60,829 bases of DNA from NCBI GenBank assembly GCA_003614675.1, contig ML002242.1:1-60829 (forward strand), given 5' to 3'. This DNA is from Dimargaris cristalligena (Eukaryota). The stretch's first letter is position 1. Each line of letters begins with the position of its first letter. Positions 48,605 through 60,829 of this stretch are shown piece after piece. The position numbers and the translations under genes were made by a program. Under the pieces are notes generated by a model, which was given only the letters and a program-made list of their open reading frames with translations, was not told where the DNA came from and searched no databases.

Positions 48605-49273
48605 TCAGTGCCACCTAGGCATGCATCAATCCTTCTTGGTATTTGCTTGGTTTGTTTTGTTTTTGTTTTTGTTTTTTGCAAAGCTAGGATGGCTATCATA
48701 ATTGACCCTCATTATAATCGTAGAGAATGAGTGAGGTTGGTTGTTATGCTAATTCACTTTCAGCTAGCTCTGACCTCGGGGCAAGAGCAGGAGGACATTT
48801 CGAGTTATTTAAACAAATATCCCTTTAATAATGAAAAACTCGAATATGAACGATCCATGATTCATTCGTAATGAAAACATTGAAGTTCATAGAGACTACC
48901 ACCGCTTTTGGCTTGTATTCCGAAATTAAATTGAATTGTCATCTGGACTACACCACAGTTGACCATGCCAATAATTATAATTATAACATTTTTCGGATTT
49001 TTTTTTAAAAAAATGATCAACGCACCCTAAGGAATTGTTGGGGCTTTGTATTTAAAGAACAATGGGTAAGTTAAATTAAACAGGGCCGCGGGTGATGATG
49101 CATCAGAAAACCGCCAAATTATTTGGCGTATTTCCTTTTAAATATTGGGTGGCGGGATAGAACCGGCTGAAACAATGGTAAACGCGGCGATGATAAAGTA
49201 ATCCGTACAATAAACCTGGGAAAGGGCTGATAAAAAAGACAGCCCTCATCACCCACTCACTCAATAAATACAT

Positions 49274-49311
<38 letters not shown>

Positions 49312-49322
49312 GACGAATAAGA

Positions 49323-50201
49323 CTAATCAAAAGCAAACTTCGGGTTGAGTAGCAGCCCCTTCAGCGTTCGTAATTCCGACTGAATTTTCACATAAGCGTC
49401 GTTGGTGTCGGCATAGGGGCTCGTCGAATACGGCGAGTAAAAATATGGGGAGGTATAGGGCGACACCAGGTCGGTTTTGCCCAGGCTAAAGGCTAGGTCA
49501 CCTTTCGTTTGGGATACCTTTCGCTTCAGAATGATCAGGTCATAGTCCTGGGGCGGCTGGTTAGCCAGGGATTTTTCTTCCAGTTGGATCCGGAGACGTT
49601 CCGAAAGGGTACTGAGTCGTAAGGTGGCCATTTGAAGCGAATCGCCAGCGGGTAGCGCCCCCGCAGCAGCGGCAACGGCCGTTGCTTCTACTTCTGAGGG
49701 TGGTAGTAAACCCCCTTCGAGCATCACTGCTGACCCTGAAGCCATGGGGGAGTCAGTACCAGATGGTCCTTCCAGGAGGGAAGTAGTAGTGGTATGGTTA
49801 CCGTCGTCGTGGTGATGGTCCAGTACCGTTAGAAACCGGGGTTTGATTGCTAACGTGAGGTCCGCCACGGCAGTCAGGTCGCCCAAGGCTACCCCCGTGG
49901 TGGTGGGGTTAATGTGGCCGATGGCGAGTCGGTGGTCGTTGAGTAGTTCGAGTAAACCGGTCACGAGTTGCAGCCGGAGCGCACTTTGGGCCCGGAGGTA
50001 CCGCATGTGGGCGCGAATGCGCTGGACCACTAAGGTGGTGAGGGTCATTACACTGACCAGAATGAGCCAGGTGGCGAATATCCGCCGGAAGGTGGCCCAG
50101 CGTAGGAACGCCGCTAAAACGCGGTCCGGCCAGCGACGGAGTCGGGTTAGCCAGTGTAGAAGGGCCCCCTTAACGAGGTTTGCGTAAACTAATGGAATCA
50201 T
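49323..50201 (-). CDS. Peroxisomal docking-complex protein, Pex17/Pex33(Pex14/17)-like
   Basis: One TM segment (IFATWLILVSVMTLTTLVV), coiled coils, and C-terminal KIQSELRTLKGLLLN resembling the KxEIRSxKGxLL motif of Pex14/Pex17/Pex33. ATG at 50201. Confidence 0.6.
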   Translation of the reverse strand: MIPLVYANLVKGALLHWLTRLRRWPDRVLAAFLRWATFRRIFATWLILVSVMTLTTLVVQRIRAHMRYLRAQSALRLQLVTGLLELLNDHRLAIGHINPTTTGVALGDLTAVADLTLAIKPRFLTVLDHHHDDGNHTTTTSLLEGPSGTDSPMASGSAVMLEGGLLPPSEVEATAVAAAAGALPAGDSLQMATLRLSTLSERLRIQLEEKSLANQPPQDYDLIILKRKVSQTKGDLAFSLGKTDLVSPYTSPYFYSPYSTSPYADTNDAYVKIQSELRTLKGLLLNPKFAFD

Positions 50202-51776
50202 GTGAGTCAAGACGCGGGTAACCGGTAAAGTGTCTGTGACTATATATATATATAATTGTGGGTGTGTGAGTGGAGGGGGGCGGTATCTCGTCCGTACGTC
50301 GAATATATATCGATAGAAGGTCAGAGTAGGGTAGAGGGGGAGCTAAAAGAAATGAACGAAAAGGTACATTGTGAAAATGGCATGGAGGTAGGCAAAGACC
50401 CAGAGTGGGCCAGTGACTGGCACAACTAGCACCTGATAAAACACTAATTACACCACCAGTACCAATTACCCCGGCGGCGGGGAAAGTAGTAGACACTTGG
50501 GAACAAGCTGGTTAAGCTTGTGTGTGTGGGTTCGGGGGGTATACATAAGCTGCCTACCTTCTCCCACTTCAAAGACAAGACCTCCCCGAACAACAGTGTG
50601 TCGCGGGCATCTTTGTGTATTAAAAGATGCATCGATGCAATGACAATGGTGTGGGAGTGGGAATGAGCGACCCTAGCATGTTGTCCGTTGGGGCAGAGGA
50701 TACTTAGCCTAATGCCTCTTCTGGCCGGCTAGCTCAGGGCAAACTCGCGCATTGAGCCCATGTCCGAATATATAGAGCAGTCTTACTCCTTCTACCTATA
50801 CCAAAGGACCGTATGCCCTCCCAAAGAACTATTAATTGGATATTGTCCACAGAGCATTGCCCACTACACGAATTAGATGTTTCGCCAGAGACTGCATGGT
50901 CTAGACAATTTAATTAATTAGAGACGTGTCCACGGTAGCGAAACTACTGGATGGGGTGCGAAGTGGATGAGTTATGGCTATTTAATGTTGGGGGCATGTG
51001 GGATAAATTACCCAGCACCCCTCCGTCAAACCGGGTTCCTTTACAATCACGGTTTACAGCTGTCATGCTTAATAATCCATAGGATTAAAGCCGATTAATT
51101 ATGAAGGTCTAGGCGCCATCATCGCCTAGTTCTATCAACGGGGCGCGGGGATTTGGCCCTGTTGAAAGATCACCTTCCTTCAACTATTCCCGCCACTCGA
51201 TTCACCTATTCCATATATCACCTTTATTATATATCCATGTATTATTAGTTACCCAATATATCGCTATCTAGTAGCATCTTCTATGCTGGTTTGACACCTT
51301 TATCATTAGTCTGCTTGGCCATATAAAGCCGAGCCAATTCCTATAGTTATTCTCTAGTTAATTACCATTTATTCTATACCCCCTTTTATAGTTAACTCGA
51401 TCTCTGATACCTCTCCCTTATTATTATCTATAAAGGCCCTTTGCATTAACTGCTTGTGTGCTATCTCTTGTAAACTTGTCCGAGGCGTAGACACTTAATC
51501 ATCCCTTGGATTATTGCCTACGACAGCAGCTTTTCGTAGTCCAATCCCGGCTTCATTTTGGTTTGTTTTTGGAATTTAGCCCCACTTTACAGGTCCTTTG
51601 TGTTTCTTAATAGTTTATGGAGATGTCATATGTCCTAGGAAACTCGTTCAAACTAAGCGAAGGTAATTAATATTTCAAGATAAGGTGGAAGTGGAGGATA
51701 AGTTCATATTAAATTATATATAAAATAATTACAACGCGATACACGTGTGGGATCATATAATAAGGGTGCAGATGGG

Positions 51777-53456
51777 TTAAAGAATATAATTAAACTGATT
51801 GGATTCGGTTGGTTGGTCCTTGGGCTTTTCCGGTGGGCGGTAGCTGGGGCCAGCTAGTTGGATACAGTGCGGGGCACAGTCGGCTTTACACAATGGGCAG
51901 GCCGACGATTTTTGCACCAGCCATTCATCGATGCACTCGACGTGATAGATATGAAGGCACGGCAGTTGGCGCACCGTCTGACCCTTAGCAATATCATCCA
52001 AGCAAATGGTGCAAGTATCATCCCCCGCTTGGGTTACTCGGGAGGTGATGGCAATGGCAATGGCCTGGGAACTGGCTGTGACCATAGGGTTTGAGGTGGA
52101 TACGGTTAGCGGGTCTACCACCCTAATTACCCATTTTTCGTTGGGCTTCTCCTTCTCCTTCCCGAATGATGACGCGGCTGATTCCGAATCCACGGAAGTC
52201 CGGGAAGCCGTCAAGGTAGGAGGAGGAGGCAGGGGGAAAGCAGGCAGGCCTCCGGCGCCCCAATCGGTGGCTTCATCGATTAGGTCGGATTGGGCCGTAA
52301 AGCCCTTCCCAAACATCGATCTTCTGGCAAAGACGGACCCAGTAGCGCGTTCCAACGTCGCCAAGGGTTCCTGCCGGGTATTAACGAGCCGAAGATACTG
52401 GAGTAGCTGGGGGTCGAGTGGGCGGGGTGATTTATCATTTAGAGTGGTAATGAGGGACTGGATACCCTGCTGACGACGGGCTGCCCAACCCTGGTTACTC
52501 CGGCGACGCCGTACCGTTAGGATGGTGCAAAATACCATGAGACATATGAGCACCAAGCCTAATAGACCCCCGATGACCGCGCCGGTAATCATGACTTTAC
52601 TGCTAGAGATGGTGTCAGTAGACTCTAGAGATTGGGTAGGTGCATCTACTTTGGTTAGTGCAAGTCGAAGGTAAATGGCATCCATGGACAGGTCCTCGGA
52701 ACCCTCCGCGTGGGGCTGCTGCACGGAGTCACTAGTTGGGTTCGTTGAAATTAGCACGAGCAGGTTCTTGGCGGTGGTGGGGCTGATGATCAGGCAAGGT
52801 CGGTCAAACGCTGCGGTGTACAGTCCGCAAACATTGGGCCCATTGGCGCTATAGACCAAAATGCCATTAGTGGTGTTCCAGTTGTAGCCCTGGAGGTCGT
52901 CTGGACTACCTGTTAGGGTTGAACGGTCCACCAACAACAAGTACCCCAAGCGGGATTTATACTCGAGACTTGTGTTGTTCTTGTAATCGATGATCAGACC
53001 CTAGTGGAATAAGAGCCAATATATACGGATATAGTACAAGACTGTGAATATACGGCGTTCAATAATGACACTGTAGGACGGATAGGTATGGCCTGTAAAG
53101 CACACTGATTACCATATGCCATGTTAGCTAATTCAGCGTGATTACACCGGCGATATATCTAAACATGGCAGTGAACAACAACCAACAGGATTGGCCCGTT
53201 GTGAACAATTGCACAAATTATTGAATTCCCCCGCATCACTTACCTCCCATTTTTCTGATTGATTGACTGGGATAACCATGTCCGATGAATTGTCGGCAGG
53301 GATGTCCCAAGAGGTGGAGTTGTTCACCATTTCCCATTTCGAATTTAAAGTGATTTGGTCAATTGAAATGGCGAGGGCCTGCTGCGTGTAGGCCAGGCTT
53401 TCAGGGATAGCCTGAGAAATGATGGCCAGAAGGGCCAGACGCCAAGCGAAGAACAT
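51777..53456 (-). CDS. Signal peptide / lumenal PA-like / TM / RING-H2 E3 ubiquitin ligase; exons 53456-53244 and 53000-51777
   Basis: Leader MFFAWRLALLAII, phase-0 intron 53243-53001, TM helix followed by RRRR, RING-H2 CTICLDD..LPCLHIYHVECIDEWL..CPLC. Confidence 0.88.
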
Positions 53457-56113
53457 GGTATGCGAATGAAGAAGTACCAATTGGAATAGGGTATGCGGGA
53501 AGGTAAACTTGACTATGGAATTAGCCTGGTTATCATTAATATCCCAAATAAGGCCAACTACGGGGGCAACGATATACGCTGGTGACAGGAAAAGGGGTAT
53601 AGTTTGGTATGGAAGGGCGAAAGCCGATTCCCTCAATATGCCTATTTTAAGAACTTGTTGGACGGTGATATTCGGAGCCAAATTTACTGTTATACGGGTG
53701 GGAGAGTCGGCATCAAAAAGATCAGCAATAATAGCGGGCTATCCTAAAAAGGTTAAACCACAAATCTGGCGATTATCCATAACACTTTCACCCAGTCCAC
53801 CGGCTATCCATTAGATCAGGCGGTCTTCTGGGTAAGATCAGCGACGAATAATGGTGAAGAACGGGTATCATAAAGCTGACATCAATCAACTTGAACTAAA
53901 CTTGACCAAGTACTTCGGTAGTACCGAGCCTTACTCAACCAGTATAGTAATTGTCCTTACTTACCTTGGGTTCAGCAGAGTGCGAAGTAAAAACCACGGA
54001 TGCAACGTTCGAGTGGCAGATGGGGGCTACGGGAGGAGGGGAGGTATCGACAACGGACTGGGGTGGAAGTGGCCTGGCGCAAAAATCGGACTAAAATCTA
54101 GAATTGGATACAAAGCCGGGAAAGTAAGCAAAAGCTCAGTGACCTATAGGGGCTGGGATAGTCTCGTTGGAACCTGAATAATATGACAGGGTTGATATTA
54201 GATACCAGCGGGAATTGCTGCTTGGTTATATAGGGGATTTATGGCTACATGGCAGCGGTACGTAAACAACAGTGTGGTTCGTTTTACTTAAAAATATATA
54301 CAAGGGTAGAGGGGCCTGGGCCTGGCGTATAATGATCGCCAAGTTGCTATTTGGGGAACCTGCCATATCCCGAAATGGATGGGGCCAAAGACATTTGGAA
54401 GCCTATTCTTATGGACGTTCGGCAAATGCAAAATAAGGTAAACGATGTCTTATGTGGTCTTGGCTTTTTTTTTCTTGAGTGATTTTAGGGAATTAGCAGG
54501 TTAACAGGCGCTGTTAGTGAAGGTGTTGGTAATCCAGGTAACCGGAAGACAGCAACTAAACAACAAACCGGGTGAAAATCTGATTTTGCAGGTCTATACG
54601 GTTTCCCTATTTCTGGAAATGGCGGTATGTCATCTTTTTGGAAGTCGGCAAATCAAACAGATATCGGCTGAAGTGGTGTCTATAAGAACCGGGAAAATAT
54701 CTTACCGCCCTCGATACGATTCCGTTGTGTATAAAAGATCTGGTGATATGAGCATTGCCTATGGTATTCAACTTAAGGATTTCTACCGTCTTACTGTGTT
54801 GATAATGGTGGCTTTTTGCCATTTTGATATACCAGTGAAAATAGCCCGAGTGTCTTCAACTCATACTATAGATAACCCCCCGAGCCGTGGTGTCTTTTCT
54901 TATTTAGAGCTATTGGAGGTATAGGTTACCCTATTTAGCCAGGGTTATCTAAATAATTCTGCTCTCTTATTTGTTGGATTGAGAGTCACTGAAATTCACT
55001 ACAATCCTCCACCTATTCTCTGAAAAGGGTTATATTACCAAAATATACTAGTGTAAATGAGGCACCATTGTCGGTTCCGGACTCATTTAATTAGGAACAC
55101 TTGCTCGTTTGTGAATTAGCCCGGTATTTACTGAAAGGGTGGATATGGGGTTGTTTGTTGAAGTAGTATATGGGAGAAGTTCATCCAAGCTGTATAACGA
55201 AAAATCCATTAGATTCGGCTAATATTACTAGTTAAAAATACATTTCCCATATATTTTCCCATACACGTATAATGTAAACCTTTATATGGCTGGGCCGAAT
55301 TTCACCCATATTGAAGTTGATTGTTGCAACAGCCTTTGCCATACTGGTGGAAGTCATGGTTACACCTATAACATGACAAGATGTTATTGTTTAAGAAATG
55401 TAGTGCATAGGAGCTTGATACCCTTTCCAATAACTCCGCTGAGTTGAGGTGAATGGTTAAAGGATAGCCTGGGCAATGAAGGTCCCCCTGTTATATCCTT
55501 GTTCGCAAGGTGCTACCACAGGTATTACCAGTCTATATAAAAGCTGATTCGGGTGCAGATATGCCCCAAGGTGTCAGCAGGTAGACTAACTAATCCGGAA
55601 GCATCACGTGAAGCATACCATTTCTTCAGGTTAGCCGAAATGCATCGCTTCCATTGAGCCAGTCTGGTGCTGTTTAGAGGGCGGTGATCCAATACATATA
55701 TTCATAGTGTACGTCAGCCTATTAGCACATGAGAAGTAAAATGCCACTATAATCCTTTGCGGGACAATCCAAGTTCCGTTCTGTTTCGTCTAAGCTAAAG
55801 CCATCACTATGCTTAGCCTAGCATCCCGCATTATTTACCACTACTAGCCTAGCCAACCTGGCTAGAGAAGAAGGGAGGAGGGGGGCATAGCTTGACTGAA
55901 GGTGAGGAGAGGGGCTCTCTCTTTGCATTCATGGATCCTCCTCCAATAGAATAGCCTCCGGCTTTGCTCATCTTTGCCCGGCCTTTTCAGCATTGGCTCT
56001 ACTTGTCTCTAGCCTAATAGCCCCCCGTCTTATTTACTCCTTACTTACCCACTTACTTATTTACTTACTGCTTTCCTCCCTCCCATCATACTCCTTCCGG
56101 TGCCCCTGTCAAC

Positions 56114-56650
56114 ATGCCAATCCAGCTTACCCCTTCACACCTTGACGAGTCCCACCACCACCACCCGGCCACCGACTCGGGCAGTGAGACCCAGTCCAAC
56201 CGGGGCTCTTCCAGTACCACCGCTACGGGCACTCTCAATGGAACAGCAACAACAAGCTACTCCCACCACCAAATGAAGCAACGGAACACCTCTACTTCCA
56301 CCAACGCCAAGGGCAACGGTAACACCACTACGACCACCTCTACCAATGCCGCTGGCGGTGGAAGTGCCGCCTCCCCATCCGTACTCTCGTCACTTCGGGC
56401 CCAGTCGGCCGTATCGTCCTACCAGCAGCGGCAACATGGCTTCGTCCGGCGTTTCTTCGAAGCGGTTAAGCTATCCATTTACCAGTACGAGGTGACCACC
56501 GGTCTGTATATGCTGGAGCCTTGGGAAAAGACCATCTTTAACTCGATTGTGTTGGTGGGTCTCCTGTTTTCGATGTACACGGCCTACACCTATATGCCTA
56601 CCTATATGCGTAATTTTGCCACCAAGGTCATTGAGTATAGCAGCATTTAA
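56114..56650 (+). CDS. Serine palmitoyltransferase small subunit (SPTssA/B-like) with N-terminal low-complexity extension
   Basis: QYEVTTGLYMLEPWEKTIFNSIV followed by a TM segment and YMP is the SPTss signature. Confidence 0.88.
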   Translation: MPIQLTPSHLDESHHHHPATDSGSETQSNRGSSSTTATGTLNGTATTSYSHHQMKQRNTSTSTNAKGNGNTTTTTSTNAAGGGSAASPSVLSSLRAQSAVSSYQQRQHGFVRRFFEAVKLSIYQYEVTTGLYMLEPWEKTIFNSIVLVGLLFSMYTAYTYMPTYMRNFATKVIEYSSI

Positions 56651-57380
56651 GCAGCCCTTTTTTAGGGGCAGATCTGGTGCTTTTAATGACCCTTATTGCT
56701 ACCGCCTGGTTTGTTTTTCCGCTATTACTCTTGCTCTATAGTTGCATCGCTATCTAATAATACTATATACCTTAATGTGACAAAGTATGGGGCAGGTATT
56801 GGTTGTTGGTTCAGATAATACTAACAATACCAGTAGTATGAACTCCCGGAATTGATATAGAGACTATCCTTTATTTACGCAGATGCCAGCCACCAAGTGA
56901 TGGAAAGGTATACTCTAGGGAATTTGGCGGCATAATAGAGAGCCCCCATGAGTGAGGGTGCACACCCCAAAGCGGTGGGTGGTACTGCAGTTAAGGGATA
57001 GCCATACTATATCAGTAGGGTAGGCCTTATATCTCCTCTACTCTTGGTTTCGGTAGGTTGTTCGTTACTAACCTTTACTTGATTCCGTTCACTTTATTAC
57101 TTCCACAGCTCTCCTTCACCGTTCATCCTCTAAAGTATCGCGAACTCCGTATTTTCCTCCACCTGCTTCTCACTAATTTTATCTGGCGTTTCCCACCGCC
57201 ACTGCCCCCTTGTTGTGACATTGAGGGCGCGCCCATCCGGACGGATTCTCTCACCCGCTCTTTTCTAACAACAACGCTCCTCCCCCTCTCTTTTCGCTAT
57301 ATTGGGCTCCACCCATTCCCCCCACTCGACTTGTTGCCCTCCGCTCTCCCCGCTCCCTGAAAAAAAATAACCCCGCGCCT

Positions 57381-58130
57381 ATGGACCAAAGACTCCAACT
57401 CATTATCGACACGGTGCTCCACAGCGACCCGGATGTCACGGGGGTGCTCCTTACCGATGAAGCCGGTCTGTGTCTCGCTTCGCACGGGACGTTACGGGGA
57501 AGCGACCCCGTGGCGGGTCAACTGGGCCAATTAGTGCGGTCCGTCCAACTGCTGGGCCCCGACGTGGCTGAATTGCGCAAAACCAGTAGTGGTGGTAGCA
57601 GTAGCAGTAGTAATAGTGGTAGTGGTAGTGCAGCTATGGCTACTACTACTGCTACTACGACGGCTGCTACTTCTACTACTGGTGGAGGTACCCCGGTCGG
57701 TAGTATCAATGGTGTACTGTCCAGTCGGTCGTCAATTAAAGCAAATCGGGATAGTGTCCATGGTCAACCCACTCCCTTGGGGAGCAGTACCAGCATCCAC
57801 AGTGCGGTGGCTGGTGGTGCTACTGCTACAGGTAACCATACCAGTGCCAATGTCAATACCAATACCAATACCAATACCAGCTCCAACACCAACTCCAATA
57901 CGGGCGCTACTCTTAGCCATACTCCCGGCAATAATGCTGGTTCGGGATCTAATTCGACCACCTTTTTCGGCGGAGGCAACGGATCATCGGGCGATACCGA
58001 AACGCCAGTCGTGCAACTAGTCACTAACCAACGCATTCTGCTTATCAAGAGCCATGGCAATATAACCGTTTGTATCGCCAAAAGGAAACCAACTTACCCA
58101 TCATCAAACTGGGGGGACCCAGCGGAATAA
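57381..58130 (+). CDS. LAMTOR5: Ragulator subunit LAMTOR5/HBXIP-like roadblock protein with a large internal insertion
   Basis: VTGVLLTDEAGLCLASHGTL..AG and PVVQLVTNQRILLIKSHGNITVCIAK match the two halves of LAMTOR5 as I recall it ([20 protein letters not shown]..AG and [26 protein letters not shown]). Confidence 0.82.
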   Translation: MDQRLQLIIDTVLHSDPDVTGVLLTDEAGLCLASHGTLRGSDPVAGQLGQLVRSVQLLGPDVAELRKTSSGGSSSSSNSGSGSAAMATTTATTTAATSTTGGGTPVGSINGVLSSRSSIKANRDSVHGQPTPLGSSTSIHSAVAGGATATGNHTSANVNTNTNTNTSSNTNSNTGATLSHTPGNNAGSGSNSTTFFGGGNGSSGDTETPVVQLVTNQRILLIKSHGNITVCIAKRKPTYPSSNWGDPAE

Positions 58131-59725
58131 CCTAACCCAACCCTTCCCTTCCTCTCTCTTACTCCATACCAGCCCCATACATATCCACTGTGGAGTCCGT
58201 GGCATGCCGAGAACTTATTAAATTCAATTTGATGTGGGTGGCCGGTCCCTGTATTCGGCGGTATCATCGACATTTGTATTTCTTTTATCCACTATCCTCC
58301 CCCCTCCATACACACACACACGTCCATTAATTAGTTTGCTATCGCTCTATAGTTCAGCTGCACCCCTTTAAAATTTGAAAAGCGGACTCCCGTTACATTA
58401 CTATCCCCCCTCCCCCCCAAAAAACAACAATATTATATTCCTTTGAAAATATCGTACACGCAACTTCATTTTAATAGTATCCAACCATAATTAAACCAGT
58501 TTTTTTTTGTCGTTTTGACATGACCGACGGCAACCATGAATCACAGCATCTGTAGGGACGAATCTGGTTAACTATGATATGAACAAAGTGAGTCACGACC
58601 GACCTGTAACTGAGCATGATGGAGTGATTTATTAGTGACAGATGGTCAAGTAAAAAAAAGGGTCGGGTGAATTCGTGTAAATGACAAAAGTGCGAAGTGG
58701 GTAGGGAAGTGTATATATGAGTTCGATAAAACAGTAATGATGCATATTAAATATTAGTAATGAGCGAGAAGAGTTCGGGTAGGTTTATAACGGTAAGAGG
58801 GAATATGTAGAGAGATGTGGGGGGGTGGGAGATTGAGAGTGTAGGAGGGGGTGAAAAGAGGGGGGGGCAAATACAGAGGGAGCGTGATCAAACTAGAGGG
58901 GGCGGGCGGGGATGTGGATAGGAATATTTTAACCGGGTGAATAACCTAAAGCGGATTGCCGATATATCTAATAATGTGATGGGCGGGTTGTTTAGAGAGA
59001 GTGGAAGAATCGGATAAGAAAAAGATGAGACTATGGCTAGGCCGGATTAAAATGTTATTAAATAAAGACCTTGCGTGGGCGTGTGTGTGCGTGCGTAGAT
59101 GGAAAGATGGGTGGTAGGGTAATTGAGGGAAAAGTAATGGGAAGTATGGCCAAAGTTTGGGGAGCCAACGGGATACCCGCAAGTAATGGTGGGGCATTTA
59201 TAATAGGGGTAGCAACTTCAGTGGTGGTTGAGAATTAAGAATTGGACTGTACAGGGTTTAAAGAGAAAATGAAACTGGAGGAGAAGGAAAGCAAAAAGCA
59301 CCAGCACTAGTTTTTGATTTTTAAAAATGTATATATATATATATATATATATAAAGCATCAGTAGTCGGGTGTATGCGGCTTTGTAGAGACGAAAGTAAT
59401 CATTGATTGATAGGATGGTGTGGTCGAGTGCCGCCCCATTCATTCAAGGTCACTCTCCAAAAGAACTTAAACTGCGAAGTAAGTGGGCAGAGGGTATATA
59501 TAGGGTGGAAACAAACCCATATATATATATGTGCGAATGTCAAGAAAACGCCAGATAAGTATATGTATAAAAAACACTTATAAATGATTGAAAATGAAAT
59601 AACTAGCAAGTGTAAAGAATTCCCTCTTACCAACACACATACCACACATTATCCGCACTACACCACGCACTCACTCGCTCACCCACCCACTTGGCGATCG
59701 TCTAATATCGCCTCCGAGCCAAGAT

Positions 59726-60829
59726 CTAGAAGGTCTCGTCTTGGTCGGGACAGTCTTCCGTCCAATGATCCCCGAAAACTTCGCAATTATCGCAGAACGG
59801 CCGGGAGCTGCCGTAGTAATCGGGCTCATTCTTAAATACACCGCCCACGCTATCCGCATCATAGTCATCGTCGCCTTCCTCCTCCCCGTCATCTTCATCG
59901 CCACCGCCAACTCCACCCCCTAGACCGCTATCATTTTCGTGATCAAGAAGACCATTTCCGATTTCCCCGTTACCATTCAGATGGCTGGGGCGCTGACTCC
60001 GGTCAACCGTGCCGTTTTTGCGGCTGGTCAAGGCAGTGGTCGATTTAAGCAACGGACAGTGAATGAAATCGTGACCTAATTGGTCGCACAAGTCGCATAC
60101 TTCGTCGGTATCCGAGTTACCGCCCATCGTGTCCGTATAATCAGCCTCCTCGGTGGTATTGGCCGTGGATTGGGCGGCCGACGCCCCCGCCACCACGGCC
60201 GCCACCGAAGCCAAGTTGGGGGATTTCCGCGCTAGCGGGGACGACGCCAGTGAAGACAGTAACTTGCTATCGTTGATATCGACCGACAGTCCCTTTTTGG
60301 GGGACCGTACCCCACCACCCATCAAATAATTAGCGGTCGCAAACGCACCCGAACCCGAACCATTGGCGGAACCAGCGGTGGCATCGGCCAAAGCCTCCTC
60401 GAGCTCCTTGATGCGTTTCACGTCAAGGATGTGTTGGTCTTCCAAATCCGCCTCCCGGAAACTCTTGTTTTCAATCAGGGATTCGAGTTCACTGAGGTCA
60501 TTATTAAGGCCCTCGATTTCCTGGTTCTTGGTGCGTTCGAGTTCCCGGAGCTGTTTCTCCCGTTCCCGCAATTCCCGCCGGTGCTCCTGTTGCAGCTTTT
60601 CGAGTTGCTGCTGTTTGTCCTGGAGGAGTTTCTTGTGGGCTTCACCGCCCGCGGCCTGGAGGGCTTCGGAGAGTTGGGCGGGGTCGACCGTTGCGCTGCC
60701 GTTGACCCCTGTACTACCTTCAGCGATGGAGGCCAGCCCAGCGGGAACAATCGCTGAGCTATTGCCGAGCAGCGTGCGCACGTCCAGGGAGAGGGAGGAC
60801 TTGGCACTGACTGTAGACAGTTCCTTAGT
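59726..60829 (-). CDS. CLIP1: CLIP-170/Tip1-like microtubule plus-end protein, C-terminal part (5' end beyond the window)
   Basis: Coiled coil (ELESLIENKSFREADLE), two CCHC knuckles (CDLCDQLGHDFIHC and FCDNCEVFGDHWTEDC) and terminal DETF (EEY/F-type motif). Confidence 0.87.
   Translation of the reverse strand, partial: TKELSTVSAKSSLSLDVRTLLGNSSAIVPAGLASIAEGSTGVNGSATVDPAQLSEALQAAGGEAHKKLLQDKQQQLEKLQQEHRRELREREKQLRELERTKNQEIEGLNNDLSELESLIENKSFREADLEDQHILDVKRIKELEEALADATAGSANGSGSGAFATANYLMGGGVRSPKKGLSVDINDSKLLSSLASSPLARKSPNLASVAAVVAGASAAQSTANTTEEADYTDTMGGNSDTDEVCDLCDQLGHDFIHCPLLKSTTALTSRKNGTVDRSQRPSHLNGNGEIGNGLLDHENDSGLGGGVGGGDEDDGEEEGDDDYDADSVGGVFKNEPDYYGSSRPFCDNCEVFGDHWTEDCPDQDETF

Noticed and set aside
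54517-54924. 135-aa GTG-started ORF
   Set aside because: No recognisable motif or splice support; likely intergenic.

Overview
This is eukaryotic, fungal genomic DNA with GT-AG introns of about 150-270 bp. Gene content and intron style suggest an early-diverging fungus; Zoopagomycota such as the mycoparasite Dimargaris is my inference, not verified. Spliced models built by hand give these housekeeping genes: NUP188 (5' part), SNIP1/Pml1, frataxin, mitochondrial bL9, a DUF1399/GRDP protein, an aquaglyceroporin, ISA2, a TigA/ERp38-type PDI, a trihelix/Myb-SANT transcription factor, a Pex17/Pex33-like protein, a TM-RING-H2 ligase, the SPT small subunit, LAMTOR5 and the CLIP-170 C-terminus. Lineage-specific secreted genes are interspersed. 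Main points of interest: (1) a ~4 kb CpG-stripped island holding a pseudogenised signal-peptide + F-box-like gene, where every surviving CpG is in CCG/CGG context; (2) two diverged secreted paralogues, one with a single in-frame TGA; (3) an aquaglyceroporin lacking the ar/R arginine; (4) a secreted acidic protein whose cysteines sort into acidic EDCEE and basic KxKCxP motifs. I recognised no tRNA, rRNA, CRISPR array or intact transposon.
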